From assembly GCF_001194135.2 (NCBI RefSeq), contig NC_068995.1, forward strand, positions 19,336,764 to 19,400,763: 64,000 bases of DNA, written 5' to 3'. The position numbers and the translations under genes were made by a program. Each line of letters opens with the position of its first letter. The stretch's first letter is position 1. Source of the DNA: Octopus bimaculoides (lineage: Eukaryota). Below the pieces are notes generated by a model, which saw only the letters and a list, made by a program, of their open reading frames with translations, ran no database searches and was not told the origin of the DNA. Positions 1-14,086 of this stretch are shown one piece after another.

Positions 1-50
<50 letters not shown>

Positions 51-204
51 CATATATACATATACACGCGCGCGCGCACACATATATTAGACACAATATA
101 TGTGGATTGTGCCTGATGATTATTTCTGAGATATTTCTCAAGATATGAAACTGTTAATAGCAGTTCGGTAAGAGTACGATAGAATAATTATTAGGATTCA
201 AAAA

Positions 205-300
205 TATTTGCTGGGGTCGATTTTTTCGACTAAAATCCTTTAAGGAAGTGCTCCAGCATGACCTCATTCAAATGATCGACAAAGTAAAACAAAAAAAAAA
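205..300 (+). mobile_element. SINE family B, 3' end fragment
   Basis: ggggtcgattttttcgactaaaa..gtgctccagcatg..caaatga plus A-rich tail; matches the 3' end of the copy at 23330-23719 (reverse complement). Confidence 0.7.
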
Positions 301-368
301 GTCTATTCATATAGGGAAATATCTAAATATATATCCGTAATATACTTAAATATATGCATATATATCTA

Positions 369-433
<65 letters not shown>

Positions 434-1529
434 ATGTATGTTTATATATTTATATATATGATATAATAAATATACAAACGTGTGTAAATAGATATAGATA
501 CATATATATGTGTATGTATGTGTGTATGAGTGTATGTGTGTGTGTGTGTGATTGTGGGTATCTATGTACCTGGGTTTGGCGGATTGTAGGTAGATTGATA
601 GAAACATAGATCGAAAGTAAAAAAAAATTGAAAGAGAGAGGGAGATGGAAATAGAGAGAAAGTCATGATAAATGTGACGGAGATAGAGTCCACAATGTTT
701 TCTCCCCAAAATATATGCGGCTTTATTTTCTCTCTGAAATCTGTATATTCTTTGTTCTTCAAATATTATTTTAGATATATTTATTTTTACCGTGTTTTTA
801 TTGAACTTATCGTAACTATATTTTCTGCTGGGATGGGCATGACCCTTTAAATAACATACAAAAGATTAAAAGGATTTCATATAAGATTATCGGAAGATAT
901 ATTTGTTTTTGCGTTACTTAATGTATGCATTAAGACACAGAGACCTAAATATATAAATTAAAGTAAATATTGACGACCATACCCCTGACGCACATATATA
1001 CAAATTAGCAAATATAGAGATAGGCGTTCATGAAGAAACGCACGCACACACACAAACATACAAACACAAACATACAAACATACACATTCAATGGATTTCA
1101 AAAACACACAAATACTAACATAACTACGTACATATTTATATGTAAATGCATATTCCTATGTGCATGCTTCTTTTTGCTTTGCGTAATGTAAATTTATATT
1201 ATGTATACACGCACGTGCATGCATACATATATACGTATATACATATACGTACATATATACAGATACATATAGGCAAATACATAAGAACATACAAACATAG
1301 ATATTCATGTAATATACATATATACATATATATGTGCGTGTGTATATATGTGTGTGTGTATCTTTGTGTATATATATATATGTGTGTGCGTATGCATATA
1401 TGTATATGTATGACATATATATGTATGTATATATATATATATATATATACATTTATATATATATATATGCGTGTGTGTCTAAGTGTGTACATAGCGATTT
1501 AATACATGCATTGTGAGCTTTAAATCAAT

Positions 1530-1564
<35 letters not shown>

Positions 1565-1744
1565 NNNNNNNNNNNNNNNNNNNNNNNNNNNNNNNNNNNN
1601 NNNNNNNNNNNNNNNNNNNNNNNNNNNNNNNNNNNNNNNNNNNNNNNNNNNNNNNNNNNNNNNNNNNNNNNNNNNNNNNNNNNNNNNNNNNNNNNNNNNN
1701 NNNNNNNNNNNNNNNNNNNNNNNNNNNNNNNNNNNNNNNNNNNN

Positions 1745-1797
<53 letters not shown>

Positions 1798-2895
1798 GTA
1801 AACATGAACGTATATTTATATATAGTCCATAGCATGTGTCTGTATAATCTCATGCCCAACGTCGTGCAAATTAGCATCCCCATTTTTCTCGAAGTTATTG
1901 AATTTTTTATCACTCTCTATGCATATTGCATTCCATGAAAAATGTGTGTGTCTCTGTGTGTGAGTATGTGTATGCGTGTGCGTATTCATGTAAAGGAGAA
2001 TATACCCAATAAATCTTAGGAAAACATGTGATAGACGGGCCTACCTAGTGAAATTTTTGTTTCTCAGGAGAACGTAATATAAATGAGTTTGCTGGGATTA
2101 TAGTGGCTATTGGGAGGGAAATACTGTATGAATGTATACACTACATCTACAACCAAAAGTAGAAACACATCCACACATTTCTGCCCTATCACACGCACAC
2201 GCAAACGCATATATGCTCATATATGTAGGCAAACGCATACATAAACACAACCGCACGCTTCTGACTTGAAAGCGCTCAAGAGGTAACAAGAACACGCCCA
2301 TCGAACACTGAAAGATATACACGTACATACTTGTTCATATGCATTTGCATATGAATAGCATATATAAATATACATGCATACATACACACAAACACATAAA
2401 TACAAATACACGTAAAAATTACGTGCATGCATATATGAATGGATGTGTGTGCGTGTGCGAGTATATAAATATATATATATATATTTGTGTGTGGGGGGGG
2501 GGTGAATCATGATGAACATGCAGATACAAAGAAAGAGAAATTTGGTGAATGGGACCTAGAAAAAATAGGAAGAGACCGATGGAAGGAAGGTTGTTGCTAT
2601 ATCTGTGGAGTTGGTGAGTTGTTAGATAAAGCTCTGAATGCAGAGAAACATTAAAGAGGTAAATTGACGATTGACGATCAATATAATGCTACAGTCTAGT
2701 GCATATATCGAACCACACAAAATAGTGTGTGTGTATGTATGTGAGTGTGTGTGTATATGCGATGTAAATTGTAATTTATATAATTACATGTTTGTGTATA
2801 TCATATACACTCATGCATATATATACATATAAATAAATATGGGTGCGTGTATTTGTGCGTGTGTATGTATGCATGCATGTATATATACATATATA

Positions 2896-2947
<52 letters not shown>

Positions 2948-4805
2948 CATATACTTATATAACATACATACACATTCATACGCACAAGCATATATGTCTC
3001 TGTGTGCATCTGTGTGCAGATGCACCAATATATAATTCGATATGTGCATAACATACATATATATTTGCGTGATTATGAATATATGTATGCGCGTGCACGT
3101 TTACATGCACATGCGCATACACATACAAAAAAGCGCCACTACTGAATGTCTGTTATACACGCATGCGCTTCAACAAACAGTAAGTTGAAAGGTTAAATCG
3201 TTCTCACCGAGTTTCTCGTACTTGTAAATAAATGCTCCCTAAATGCTTAACCTTTGACATGCTTTAGTTGCTTTTGTGTATCCATATTTGCCTGTTTGTT
3301 TTTCCTGCTTCCTCGTGTATTTTCTTTATCTTTTGTTTGTTTTTTTCTTTTCTTTTTCTCCATTTACCAGTCTTTGTTATCGATTTGTGTATTCATTGAT
3401 ATTTTATTTATTTTTAATGAATTTGCGTGAGTCTTTGAATATATAGACATGGATGTCTGACTGTGTTGTGGCGAGGGGGATTAGATGATGTTTGTTTCTT
3501 CATCTTCCTCTCACTTAGATAATAAGTTTTGTCTGTGAAGAATCCAATTCTAAATAAAAAATTACAACGTTTTTCTTTCTCTCTCTTTTTCCTTTCCCTC
3601 TCACCTCTTCTTTCCTCTCCCCTTTTCTCTTCCAGCCTCTTTGTCATTGTATTCATATATATATGTTGCTCTTTTGTGATTTTCGGTTTTTATTATTATT
3701 ATCATTCTTGTTATTGTTCTTCTGCTGTGTGTTCGATTTCAGTTTTCGAATGTTTGGTTGGCTGTACGTGTCATTGTTTTTGCCTTCTTGCTTTATTTTA
3801 TATGCTTTCAGGCTTTCTTGGTTTCATTGTTTAATTTGTTTGCATCATGGTTTTCGTCTAAAATATTATTGTTTACATTAATTCATTCGCGCATATATAG
3901 ATACACTTAGAGGAAAAACAAGTCCACATACGGACACGCTCTAGCAACAGAGATGAATACGATCAGATATATTATTGAATAGCCGGCACATTTTACCTAT
4001 CCATGTTTCTGTGTGTTGTGTGCGAGTTGGTGAGCGCACATATTGTGTGTATGCATGAGTGTGTTTCTATTACTATGTATATTAAGTACATAATTATACT
4101 TAAGCCGTTTTCATGATGAGCTATCGATAAATAATCGCAATGTTTGAGAACTCTTTCAAAAGTTTCTCTCTTTCTCCAGTGATGTAAAGCTTTTTTTTTT
4201 TTATGCAGCCAGCATATGTTCTATTCCTTGGACCCAATATGTAGCAACCCGCTTTTCGTTTGATGTAAGCAACTGCTACAACAAATTAGCAGGAACTAAT
4301 CTACGACATCTCATATCTAATAGAAGATTCGAATGGTATTATACTCGTACCTTACCTCATACTGTAAATCCATTTGGATGTTTCATAGTTCCTCTATTCT
4401 AGTGTCCCCCAAAACTACAGTTAGGCAGATATGTTGTGTAGTAATATGTCAAAAAGACAGGGTACCAATAAATATTGCTACATGGCTATGGATTAAAAAA
4501 CACTGCTTCAAATCCATATCCACATTCTGTACATGAGAGAGTACATCCATTTCAGTTTTCATCTATTTTAAATTAATCCATAGTTACTTTGGTTTCTCGT
4601 GGAGGAAATTGAGAGAATGCTACTAAAAGTTGATCCTACATGTATTGATGCTACTATACTGTTACTTTGTCCAACGAAAGGACATCCACCTTTACATTCT
4701 AGAAGATGATTTGCGTGCTGCTACAATATACGCCAAAAATACGTAACATCTGCAAGGATAATGATACAAATAATTTTCCTCAGGTGAAGATAGAAACATT
4801 CCTTT

Positions 4806-5295
4806 ATGTGTGACTCCGGCCATGCCGGAGCACCGCTTTAATGGGTTTTTTTTTTAGTCGAAGAAATCGACACCATGACTTATTCTTCGTAAACCTAGTG
4901 CTTATAGAAGCAAATCTCCCGCCAAACCACTAAGTTACGAGGACGTAAACACACCAACATCGGTTGTCAGGTGATGGTGGGGAGACGAAGATACACAGAC
5001 ATTCATACACATATACATACATACATATATATATATATANNNNNNNNNNNNNNNNNNNNNNNNNNNNNNNNNNNNNNNNNNNNNNNNNNNNNNNNNNNNN
5101 NNNNNNNNNNNNNNNNNNNNNNNNNNNNNNNNNNNNNNNNNNNNNNNNNNNNNNNNNNNNNNNNNNNNNNNNNNNNNNNNNNNNNNNNNNNNNNNNNNNN
5201 NNNNNNNNNNNNNNNNNNNNNNNNNNNNNNNNNNNNNNNNNNNNNNNNNNNNNNNNNNNNNNNNNNTATATATATATATATATGTATGTATATAT

Positions 5296-5328
<33 letters not shown>

Positions 5329-5471
5329 CATACGACGGTCCTCTTTCAGTTTCCGTATACCAAATCCACTTACAAGGATTTGGTCAGCCCGAAGATATTG
5401 TAGAGGACGCTTGCCGAAGATACCACGCAGTGGAACTGAACCTGGAATGGAAGCTTCTGACCACACAGCCA
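4806..5471 (-). mobile_element. SINE family B (tRNA-derived, CORE/OR2-like), near full length, internal microsatellite expanded and gapped
   Basis: Both halves (4806-5000 and 5331-5471) align colinearly to 23330-23719; (TA)/(TACA) repeats and N-run 5040-5266 sit at the internal repeat position. Confidence 0.85.
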
Positions 5472-5493
5472 AAACCGAACCTGAACAAACGTG

Positions 5494-5548
5494 TTCCCAT
5501 GCGGAATCAAGCCCTCACTAGCTGGGTGAAAGCCAGGAATCCTAACCA
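5494..5548 (-). pseudogene. tRNA-Glu(TTC)-derived remnant, 5'-truncated
   Basis: Minus strand reads GGTTAGGATTCCTGGCTTTCACCCAG...GATTCCGCATGGGAA. The D-arm end, anticodon arm (CTTTCAC loop) and 3' acceptor strand match eukaryotic tRNA-Glu; the 5' acceptor strand is missing and the T-arm is degenerate. Confidence 0.7.
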
Positions 5549-6302
5549 TACACAATATTCTGCAAAATTTAAAACCTTTGATTTTCTACAGTATGCTTTC
5601 GTACTAGTTTACACTTATCTAACATGCTGTTAATACACATTGTCTCGTCCAAGCTACTAATTTATTTGCACAGAGAAATATGTGTATGTATACATGTTTG
5701 TATGTATGTGTATTGTGTATGCATGCATGTATAATGATGTTTTATGTTTGTATGTATGTATGTGAAATAGATAATTCGTGCATATATTGATAACTGAAAC
5801 ATTATATTTACTAAAATAGTTAATTTGTTTAGCTATAGTACTGCCATTGAAATTTCAAATTATCTTGCCAACACCTACGTAACACTAAATTAGTTACTCC
5901 TTGACTTTTATATAGAAATTAGCACCACGAATACCTTTTAATACATGTGTGCGAACTCTATGGAAGAGAAAAAGAAACGGGCCTTGTATTGCACGTTTTA
6001 ATTGCTCAGATCTTGATATTTATCTACTTAGAAATTATTTATAACTATAATCAATGTTTAAGTCCCATAAATGAAAAGAATAAATTAATCTCAGCTGTAT
6101 ACAAATAATGAAATTGTCTCTATATTTCCCACAGCGCAATTGTCTAGCATTAGCGTATCTAGGTGTATCGCCGAATATTCGCTGTTTCAATCTTTCTAGA
6201 AGGTGTCAGGTTTTTCAGCCACGTCAAGATGCACAGAACGTGCCAGAACCTATGACAGAACCTAGAAAATGCTCTCAGTACATAAGCGCAAGTGTATGAT
6301 TA

Positions 6303-6371
<69 letters not shown>

Positions 6372-7889
6372 TTGTACATATGTATGCGCGAATGCATGCG
6401 TATATTCAGAATTACTGAATATTTTGAGTTGTAAACTTTCAAATTTGGCCAAAGTTTTTACAGTGACAGGGTCGAATAAATTAGTAAGAAATTGAAGGCA
6501 AATCTAAAAAAAAAATCCCAACCAACGAAAATAGCAATGACAATGTGAACTGCGGCGTTGACGATGGAGGTGGTAGTGCGATGTTGACGATGATTATGAT
6601 GATAATATTTGTGTTGTTGTTGTTGTTGTTGGTTTCGGTGGTAGTGGTAGTTATGTTGGTGTAATGGTGGTAGTCCTAGTAGTTGTTTTAATAGTGACGA
6701 TGATATTTATAGCTCTCGTGATCTCGATTACGATGCGGGTCATGATGATGTAATTCAGCATCATTCTGATCGTGACACTGGTGATGGTGATAAAGAGTTT
6801 GATATATTACTACACTGCATCATTTTTTTTTTTTTTTTTTTTGGAGCATTGCGTCAAACTGTATTTTAGGAATGCATTCGTAATCCTGAAATGAAGACTG
6901 CGTAGCCCTACTTCCCCTTCCGTAACGGCTTGGAATTTATTATCGAGTCTATTGATATTTTCTTTAACCTGTCATAATATTCCATCATTCTCACTGTCAA
7001 TCAACATTGCCACTGATTCGGTTGCACAGTATATAAAAATACATTCTAACTGAATACGAAAAAAAAAAAAAATAGAAACAAAAAAATACGAAGTAGTCAT
7101 TGTAATGACCTCAGAGATCTATTGTCGTAAATTTTCCATAATTCCTTCGTGAGTTATTACTTCAGTTTTATTTTGGCTTGTATTTCTCCGGGAATTTTCG
7201 TGATGTCTTTTCCTTTCGTTTTCGATTTCGTTTTGGAGTCTCTGACGCTAGAGGAAGATAGAATGTATAATGCAAATTTATATGAGATGACAGAGAAATC
7301 ACAGAACTCCATTGCTTTCTGAGATTGCTAGTGTCACGCCACACTGAATTTATAATGAACTCACTTGCTCATCCATAGAGAACTTGGATTTTTTTCTGCC
7401 GGTTCTCCGCTATATTAAAGCGGAATGTCTCTATGAAACGTCATGCATGTCAATACAGTGATATAGATTCAGTCAAAACAACATGCAATGAGCAAGGTTC
7501 TGGAGTAGTAAACTTAGAAAGATTTGGGATATAATGATAAGGCATGAAGCGTATCTAAGATTAATATGTATAGAGTTACTGTAATATTGGGACCCCAAAA
7601 TGAATTCAGATATATGATATTTCAGTTGGGTATGGAATCTCAGAATCTTAAAAATAGTGAGCACACATGGGAATCATTAAATCGTTACGTACAATCTAAC
7701 TGGAATATTATAATAAATAAAAAGTGAAAACTATATAACCTGATATATATTTATATATAAAATCTGCATACATTCATTCATTCATAAATATTCATAGAGA
7801 AGGACAATAATTAATGATGCATTTGCCAACTTTATTAAACACTTAGTCACAATATGGAAACGTTAGTGTTTTCGGTGTAAGAAAGTGTT

Positions 7890-7920
7890 CGTTTAACACG
7901 CACTTGGTGCGTGTTAAACG
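7890..7920. repeat. Perfect 14-bp inverted repeat, 3-nt loop
   Basis: CGTTTAACACGCAC-TTG-GTGCGTGTTAAACG. Confidence 0.95.
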
Positions 7921-9114
7921 GGTGTTAAATAGGTGGGAAGAACATTCAAACGCTGGTAGGCATTTCTGTTGCTAATATAAACATTATTGCCTAAGGACCA
8001 CCGATAGAGTATTTTTTTTCTTTGGATGAAATTGAAACCAGCCCTTCTATTTAGCAAAATTTCCTAAGTCGATGCCTACAAACCTATAAATATTTATATA
8101 TGCGTACGTATGACTCAGTGTGAGTGTGTGTGTGTGTGAGTGTGTGTACTTACGTATGTATGTATGCATGAATGCATTGATATCAAATAGCGAATTCTTC
8201 TCTAATGACATCTTGTGTCCCAGCACACAATTGCTCTCGAAACATACAATGCATNNNNNNNNNNNNNNNNNNNNNNNNNNNNNNNNNNNNNNNNNNNNNN
8301 NNNNNNNNNNNNNNNNNNNNNNNNNNNNNNNNNNNNNNNNNNNNNNNNNNNNNNNNNNNNNNNNNNNNNNNNNNNNNNNNNNNNNNNNNNNNNNNNNNNN
8401 NNNNNNNNNNNNNNNNNNNNNNNNNNNNNNNNNNNNNNNNNNNNNNNNNNNNNNNNNNNNNNNNNNNNNNNNNNNNNNNNNNNNNNNNNNNNNNNNNNNN
8501 NNNNNNNNNNNNNNNNNNNNNNNNNNNNNNNNNNNNNNNNNNNNNNNNNNNNNNNNNNNNNNNNNNNNNNNNNNNNNNNNNNNNNNNNNNNNNNNNNNNN
8601 NNNNNNNNNNNNNNNNNNNNNNNNNNNNNNNNNNNNNNNNNNNNNNNNNNNNNNNNNNNNNNNNNNNNNNNNNNNNNNNNNNNNNNNNNNNNNNNNNNNN
8701 NNNNNNNNNNNNNNNNNNNNNNNNNNNNNNNNNNNNNNNNNNNNNNNNNTATGTTTATATATATATATATATATATGAGGAAAATATCGTTGTGTGTATG
8801 TGTGTGTGCACGCATGCATGTTTGTCCGTGTGTGAGTGGTCAATTGATCTATGTTTTTCCACCACCCTTGATTGAAAACCGGTGATGGCGTGTATACATA
8901 CCCGTAACTTAAAGTTGGAATAGAAAGCAAAATGTCGATTAAGATGATATGATATATAAGCAATAACAACTTCTTAAAGAGAGGAAACATTGAAAAAAAT
9001 TAGAACGAATCACCACGTTAATTTATCCTTCACTTTACAAACTCCCCAAAACAATTCACTTGCTTTCAGGTCAGATTCTTCAGCAAATATGGGTTGAATG
9101 AATCAAACTTATAA

Positions 9115-9495
9115 TCAGCGTATGATGATGATGATGTTGATGATGATGATGATGATGATGATAACGACGACGACGACGACAACGATGTTGACGACGATGA
9201 TGATGAGAAGGACGACGATGACGACGGTGGTAGTGGTTGTAATTATGATGGTTTTGGATATGAGGGTGTTGGTCGTGGTGGTCATGACGTGGAAGCCCAT
9301 GATGAGGAGAACGGAGCTGTGGCGGCGACGACGACGGCGATGATTATGAGGATAGCATTGGTGGTAGTGGTAGTGTCGGCGGCGATTGTTGTGGTGATGA
9401 TGACTGATGAGAATAATAACGATCGCGATGACACTATCAACAAAAATTTCGCTGATGCGATGGTGATGATGGTGACGATGATGTTAGATGGGTTG
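9115..9495. repeat. Degenerate (GAT/GAC/GGT)n trinucleotide array
   Basis: Direct reading; source of the poly-M/T/V ORFs. Confidence 0.9.
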
Positions 9496-11667
9496 ATGGT
9501 AAAGTTAAATTGCTGCTGGTGACATTGTCTGCAATGTTAATAGAAAGTGATGAATCTTGTGATAATAGTTATGGTGTTAATATGTCAGTGCAAGTTTTGT
9601 TAAGGTTCCGGGGAACTGTGAGGAATTCGATAATTGTTAGGAGTTGCTTGAGTTACTCGGCTAAATTCATTAGGAATGACATGAATAGCAGTTCGTCGTA
9701 ATTGTGATATTCTATAAATATTATAGATTATACTTATTTAAAGATGAGGTAACGCCGAGTAAGAATAATTAGGAAATGAACCTGAAATAAAATTGCCTCA
9801 AACATATTACACGCTGTATTCATAACAATCGGAATTCTATTCATATGAATGATGATACATTTAACATCAGAAGTTCCTGCACAAGAATACGCACCTGTGT
9901 CAATGTATATGCGTGTTTCTATGTGTGGAAGTGTATAATTTTGAGCATATGTACCTATAAGTTTTTGTGTATTTTTTCCTGGGTAACAGACTTCAGTGAA
10001 ATATTAAACAGAAATGTACATATTTTCATCATCGTATTTTGAACACAATCCAGGAAATTTAACAATGACAAAATACATCATATCTACTGAATGAAAAAAT
10101 ATACATGTGTATATTTAGAAACCGGTATGTTTAGTAAAAAAAAAAAACAACATAAGCACGATACGGAAGTCTCGGTGCTGTCGATTGACATGTTATAAGT
10201 ATCTGTCAAATAATTTTCAATTCATCTTGTTCAGTGAAGAAGAAGCAAGAACACGCTATGTAATATAAGCCAATATACCCTACACTATGTCTGAATCAAG
10301 ACAAGATCATAGGTCGTATTCCTTTGATGGTATAAAATCCTACCAATGCTCAATCAAATGTAAAGAAAGAGCACAACATAAATGTAACCGAAGTCAATCG
10401 GTCGCTGTAATAAGATATTATCACCATCTTGGTGTTCTGCAGTTCCAATATTCATCAAAAAATTAGTTGCAGGTCGTAGCTATATATAAATTTAAACTAC
10501 ATCTGTTCACTGAGATATTGGGAAGGTTCCCAAATAATATGAAGAAATTTTCAATTATGAAGGTCATTATAATCAATATATTTCGTAATTATAGAAATAA
10601 GAATCAATAAGCTTTGCAAATTTCACCTGGGGAATGATTTACTTTTTTTCTGCAACATATTCATGATCACTGTTTTTTGGACATTCATATTCAAAACCAT
10701 TCTCATCTAGATTCTGCAGATGCTTTTATTGCTGAAAAGGTTTTTGATGATTCTGTTGTTTAGTTGTTAGTCAACCCTGATGATACCAATTAATCAATGT
10801 TCTTTTTTTACACTGTGGTAGTGTCTGATTTGAAGTAGTTTGACTGTTATATCTAGCATATTCAGTGAGAAATTCGGGACACCCCCTGTAGCTGTTGGAT
10901 TGCAAGAGGTACGAGAAAAACACCAATGCAAGGACAAACGGACGATAGTTTAGGCCTTGTTGAGATACATTTACATTTGCTCCTGCAAAAAGAAATTTTA
11001 TATCAGGAGTAAATGATCGAAAGAGAATGATGCATTCGTATTATTAAAATCTTAGTGATATCCGATGCGAAAACAAATATCACACTTTCCTCTGTATCTG
11101 ATCGCAGCCTCGTTTCTTACAGAGAAAAAGATACGGATGACGGGAGAGTGAGGGAGAAGGAGGAGGAGGAGAGGAAAAATGAATGAGCAGAAAAAGAGAA
11201 ACAAGAAGGACAATAAATAGAAGAATGGTAAAAGACTCTTTCACTACTTTGTACTTCAGTTTCGTCTGTCAGGAGAAGAAAGCTAAGTATAACTAAAATC
11301 TGAAAGATCGTAAAAGAGTACTTTATTCCGATATTATAAAGTAAGTGTTTATGCGAATCTTCTACAACATACATGAGTATCCTGTTCTTCCATTATTCCA
11401 CTATGCTTTCAAATATAATGCAAGTGGTTGAGGCAATCGCTGACTAATGTACATTGCATGTAGTTGTCATAGGGAATAAGTGATACTATGAATAAGAGGG
11501 TTACTTTACATATCTAACTTTCTTCCAATGGCTTCATTTGATTTACAGCGTCTATAAACAGTAGCAAAAAAGAATTCAAATCACTTTGCAGTTACGCTGT
11601 CGAAGATGGCACGAGTTCATCGTCTTTAACGAGTATTTCACTACTAGAAATACAAAAGTCCATAGCT

Positions 11668-11712
<45 letters not shown>

Positions 11713-12896
11713 TCACACACACACACACACAAACACACACACATATATGTAATATATATATATATATATATTCACATATACATATATGTANNNNNNNNNN
11801 NNNNNNNNNNNNNNNNNNNNNNNNNNNNNNNNNNNNNNNNNNNNNNNNNNNNNNNNNNNNNNNNNNNNNNNNNNNNNNNNNNNNNNNNNNNNNNNNNNNN
11901 NNNNNNNNNNNNNNNNNNNNNNNNNNNNNNNNNNNNNNNNNNNNNNNNNNNNNNNNNNNNNNNNNNNNNNNNNNNNNNNNNNNNNNNNNNNNNNNNNNNN
12001 NNNNNNNNNNNNNNNNNNNNNNNNNNNNNNNNNNNNNNNNNNNNNNNNNNNNNNNNNNNNNNNNNNNNNNNNNNNNNNNNNNNNNNNNNNNNNNNNNNNN
12101 NNNNNNNNNNNNNNNNNNNNNNNNNNNNNNNNNNNNNNNNNNNNNNNNNNNNNNNNNNNNNNNNNNNNNNNNNNNNNNNNNNNNNNNNNNNNNNNNNNNN
12201 NNNNNNNNNNNNNNNNNNNNNNNNNNNNNNNNNNNNNNNNNNNNNNNNNNNNNNNNNNNNNNNNNNNNNNNNNNNNNNNNNNNNNNNNNNNNNNNNNNNN
12301 NNNNNNNNNNNNNNNNNNNNNNNNNNNNNNNNNNNNNNNNNNNNNNNNNNNNNNNNNNNNNNNNNNNNNNNNNNNNNNNNNNNNNNNNNNNNNNNNNNNN
12401 NNNNNNNNNNNNNNNNNNNNNNNNNNNNNNNNNNNNNNNNNNNNNNNNNNNNNNNNNNNNNNNNNNNNNNNNNNNNNNNNNNNNNNNNNNNNNNNNNNNN
12501 NNNNNNNNNNNNNNNNNNNNNNNNNNNNNNNNNNNNNNNNNNNNNNNNNNNNNNNNNNNNNNNNNNNNNNNNNNNNNNNNNNNNNNNNNNNNNNNNNNNN
12601 NNNNNNNNNNNNNNNNNNNNNNNNNNNNNNNNNNCGTTTTGTTTAAGTGTATTCGTATTTTTTTTTAAATTTGTTTTTCTTTATTTCTGTTGTATTTCTT
12701 TTTCTTAATTTTATGCTAATTGTCTGAACAAAGTGATCCAGAGCCTATTGATAAAAAGATAACAAGCAATAACAAGAACAAGAACAAAAAAAATGTATAC
12801 TCTTTGATATCTTTGTCCAGAGGAAGAAATACGAAAGAAAGAATTTTTTTTACAATACAACTAAAATAAGTTTAAATTAATAAATATAAAAATGAA

Positions 12897-12942
<46 letters not shown>

Positions 12943-13462
12943 GTAGTAATAATAATAATAATAACAATAATAATAATAACAACAACAATGAGCATAATGG
13001 TAATGGTAATAGTAACAGAATCGATCGGAAATTAGTCTAGTATGTTAGATTAATGTTTATGGGGGTGGGGAATGATGGAAAGTTGAGAAGTATTCGAATA
13101 TTAATAACAAATCATTTAGTTAGCGGCCATTTGCTACTGCTGCTGCCCTTACTACTACTACTACTACTACTGCGACTACTACCACTACGTCTGCTGCTGC
13201 TGCTGTTGCTGCTGCTGTTGTTGTTGCTGTTAGAAGTAATAATACATCCTATTACTTTTAGTGGCATTTAACAAGAACCTCTCGCATGAAGGAAAAACGC
13301 ATTTTCTAACAAATAAGGAAAAAAAACGCCAAATATCCAGTATTACCAATTATGATGATGAAATGCTAATACAAATTCTGGTATAACAATTACAGCAATA
13401 GCAACAAAAGCACCAGCAATTACTACTACAACCACCACCACTACTACTACTACAAATAATAA

Positions 13463-13534
<72 letters not shown>

Positions 13535-13540
13535 AATGGT
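12897..13540. repeat. (AAT)n, (CTA/CTG)n and (AAT)n microsatellite cluster
   Basis: Arrays at about 12897-12985, 13135-13230 and 13457-13540. Confidence 0.95.
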
Positions 13541-13986
13541 GATTCTAATTTTTGCTACATTATTTTGCCGCTAGCTCTAAAATGAACGACGTGTTTGATA
13601 TAATCCAATAATAATAAATCCAGCTAAAATGATTTCGTCCGAATTAACACAAGTCGTTCTATTATGTATATATCTTCCCATCTTTCTCGCAAACACACGC
13701 ACTCTCTGTCTCCATGTTTTTCTATCTCATGCACACACGTACATATATATATATATATGTATACATATATATGCATGTCTATTGAGTGATGTGCATTCTT
13801 GTTGCACATGCGTTTGTGTGTTTCTTAGTATATCTGTAAGCAATTATTTTTGCAGAACTCTGATTAGTGATAAAGAGTAAATTTCCACTGTAATAATTAT
13901 ATAATAATGTAACTTTTATTAATATTTTAAAATTCGGCTGAAATATATATATATATATATGTACATATATGTGCGTGTGTGTGTGC

Positions 13987-14086
<100 letters not shown>

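Noticed and set aside
4217-4790. High-complexity island with a strong minus-strand acceptor (about 4751) and donor (about 4352)
   Set aside because: All three frames stop within 20 codons; no recognisable domain.
10600-10985. Minus-strand GANVNV start suggesting an ankyrin repeat
   Set aside because: Downstream residues lack the TPLH motif and there is no convincing donor.
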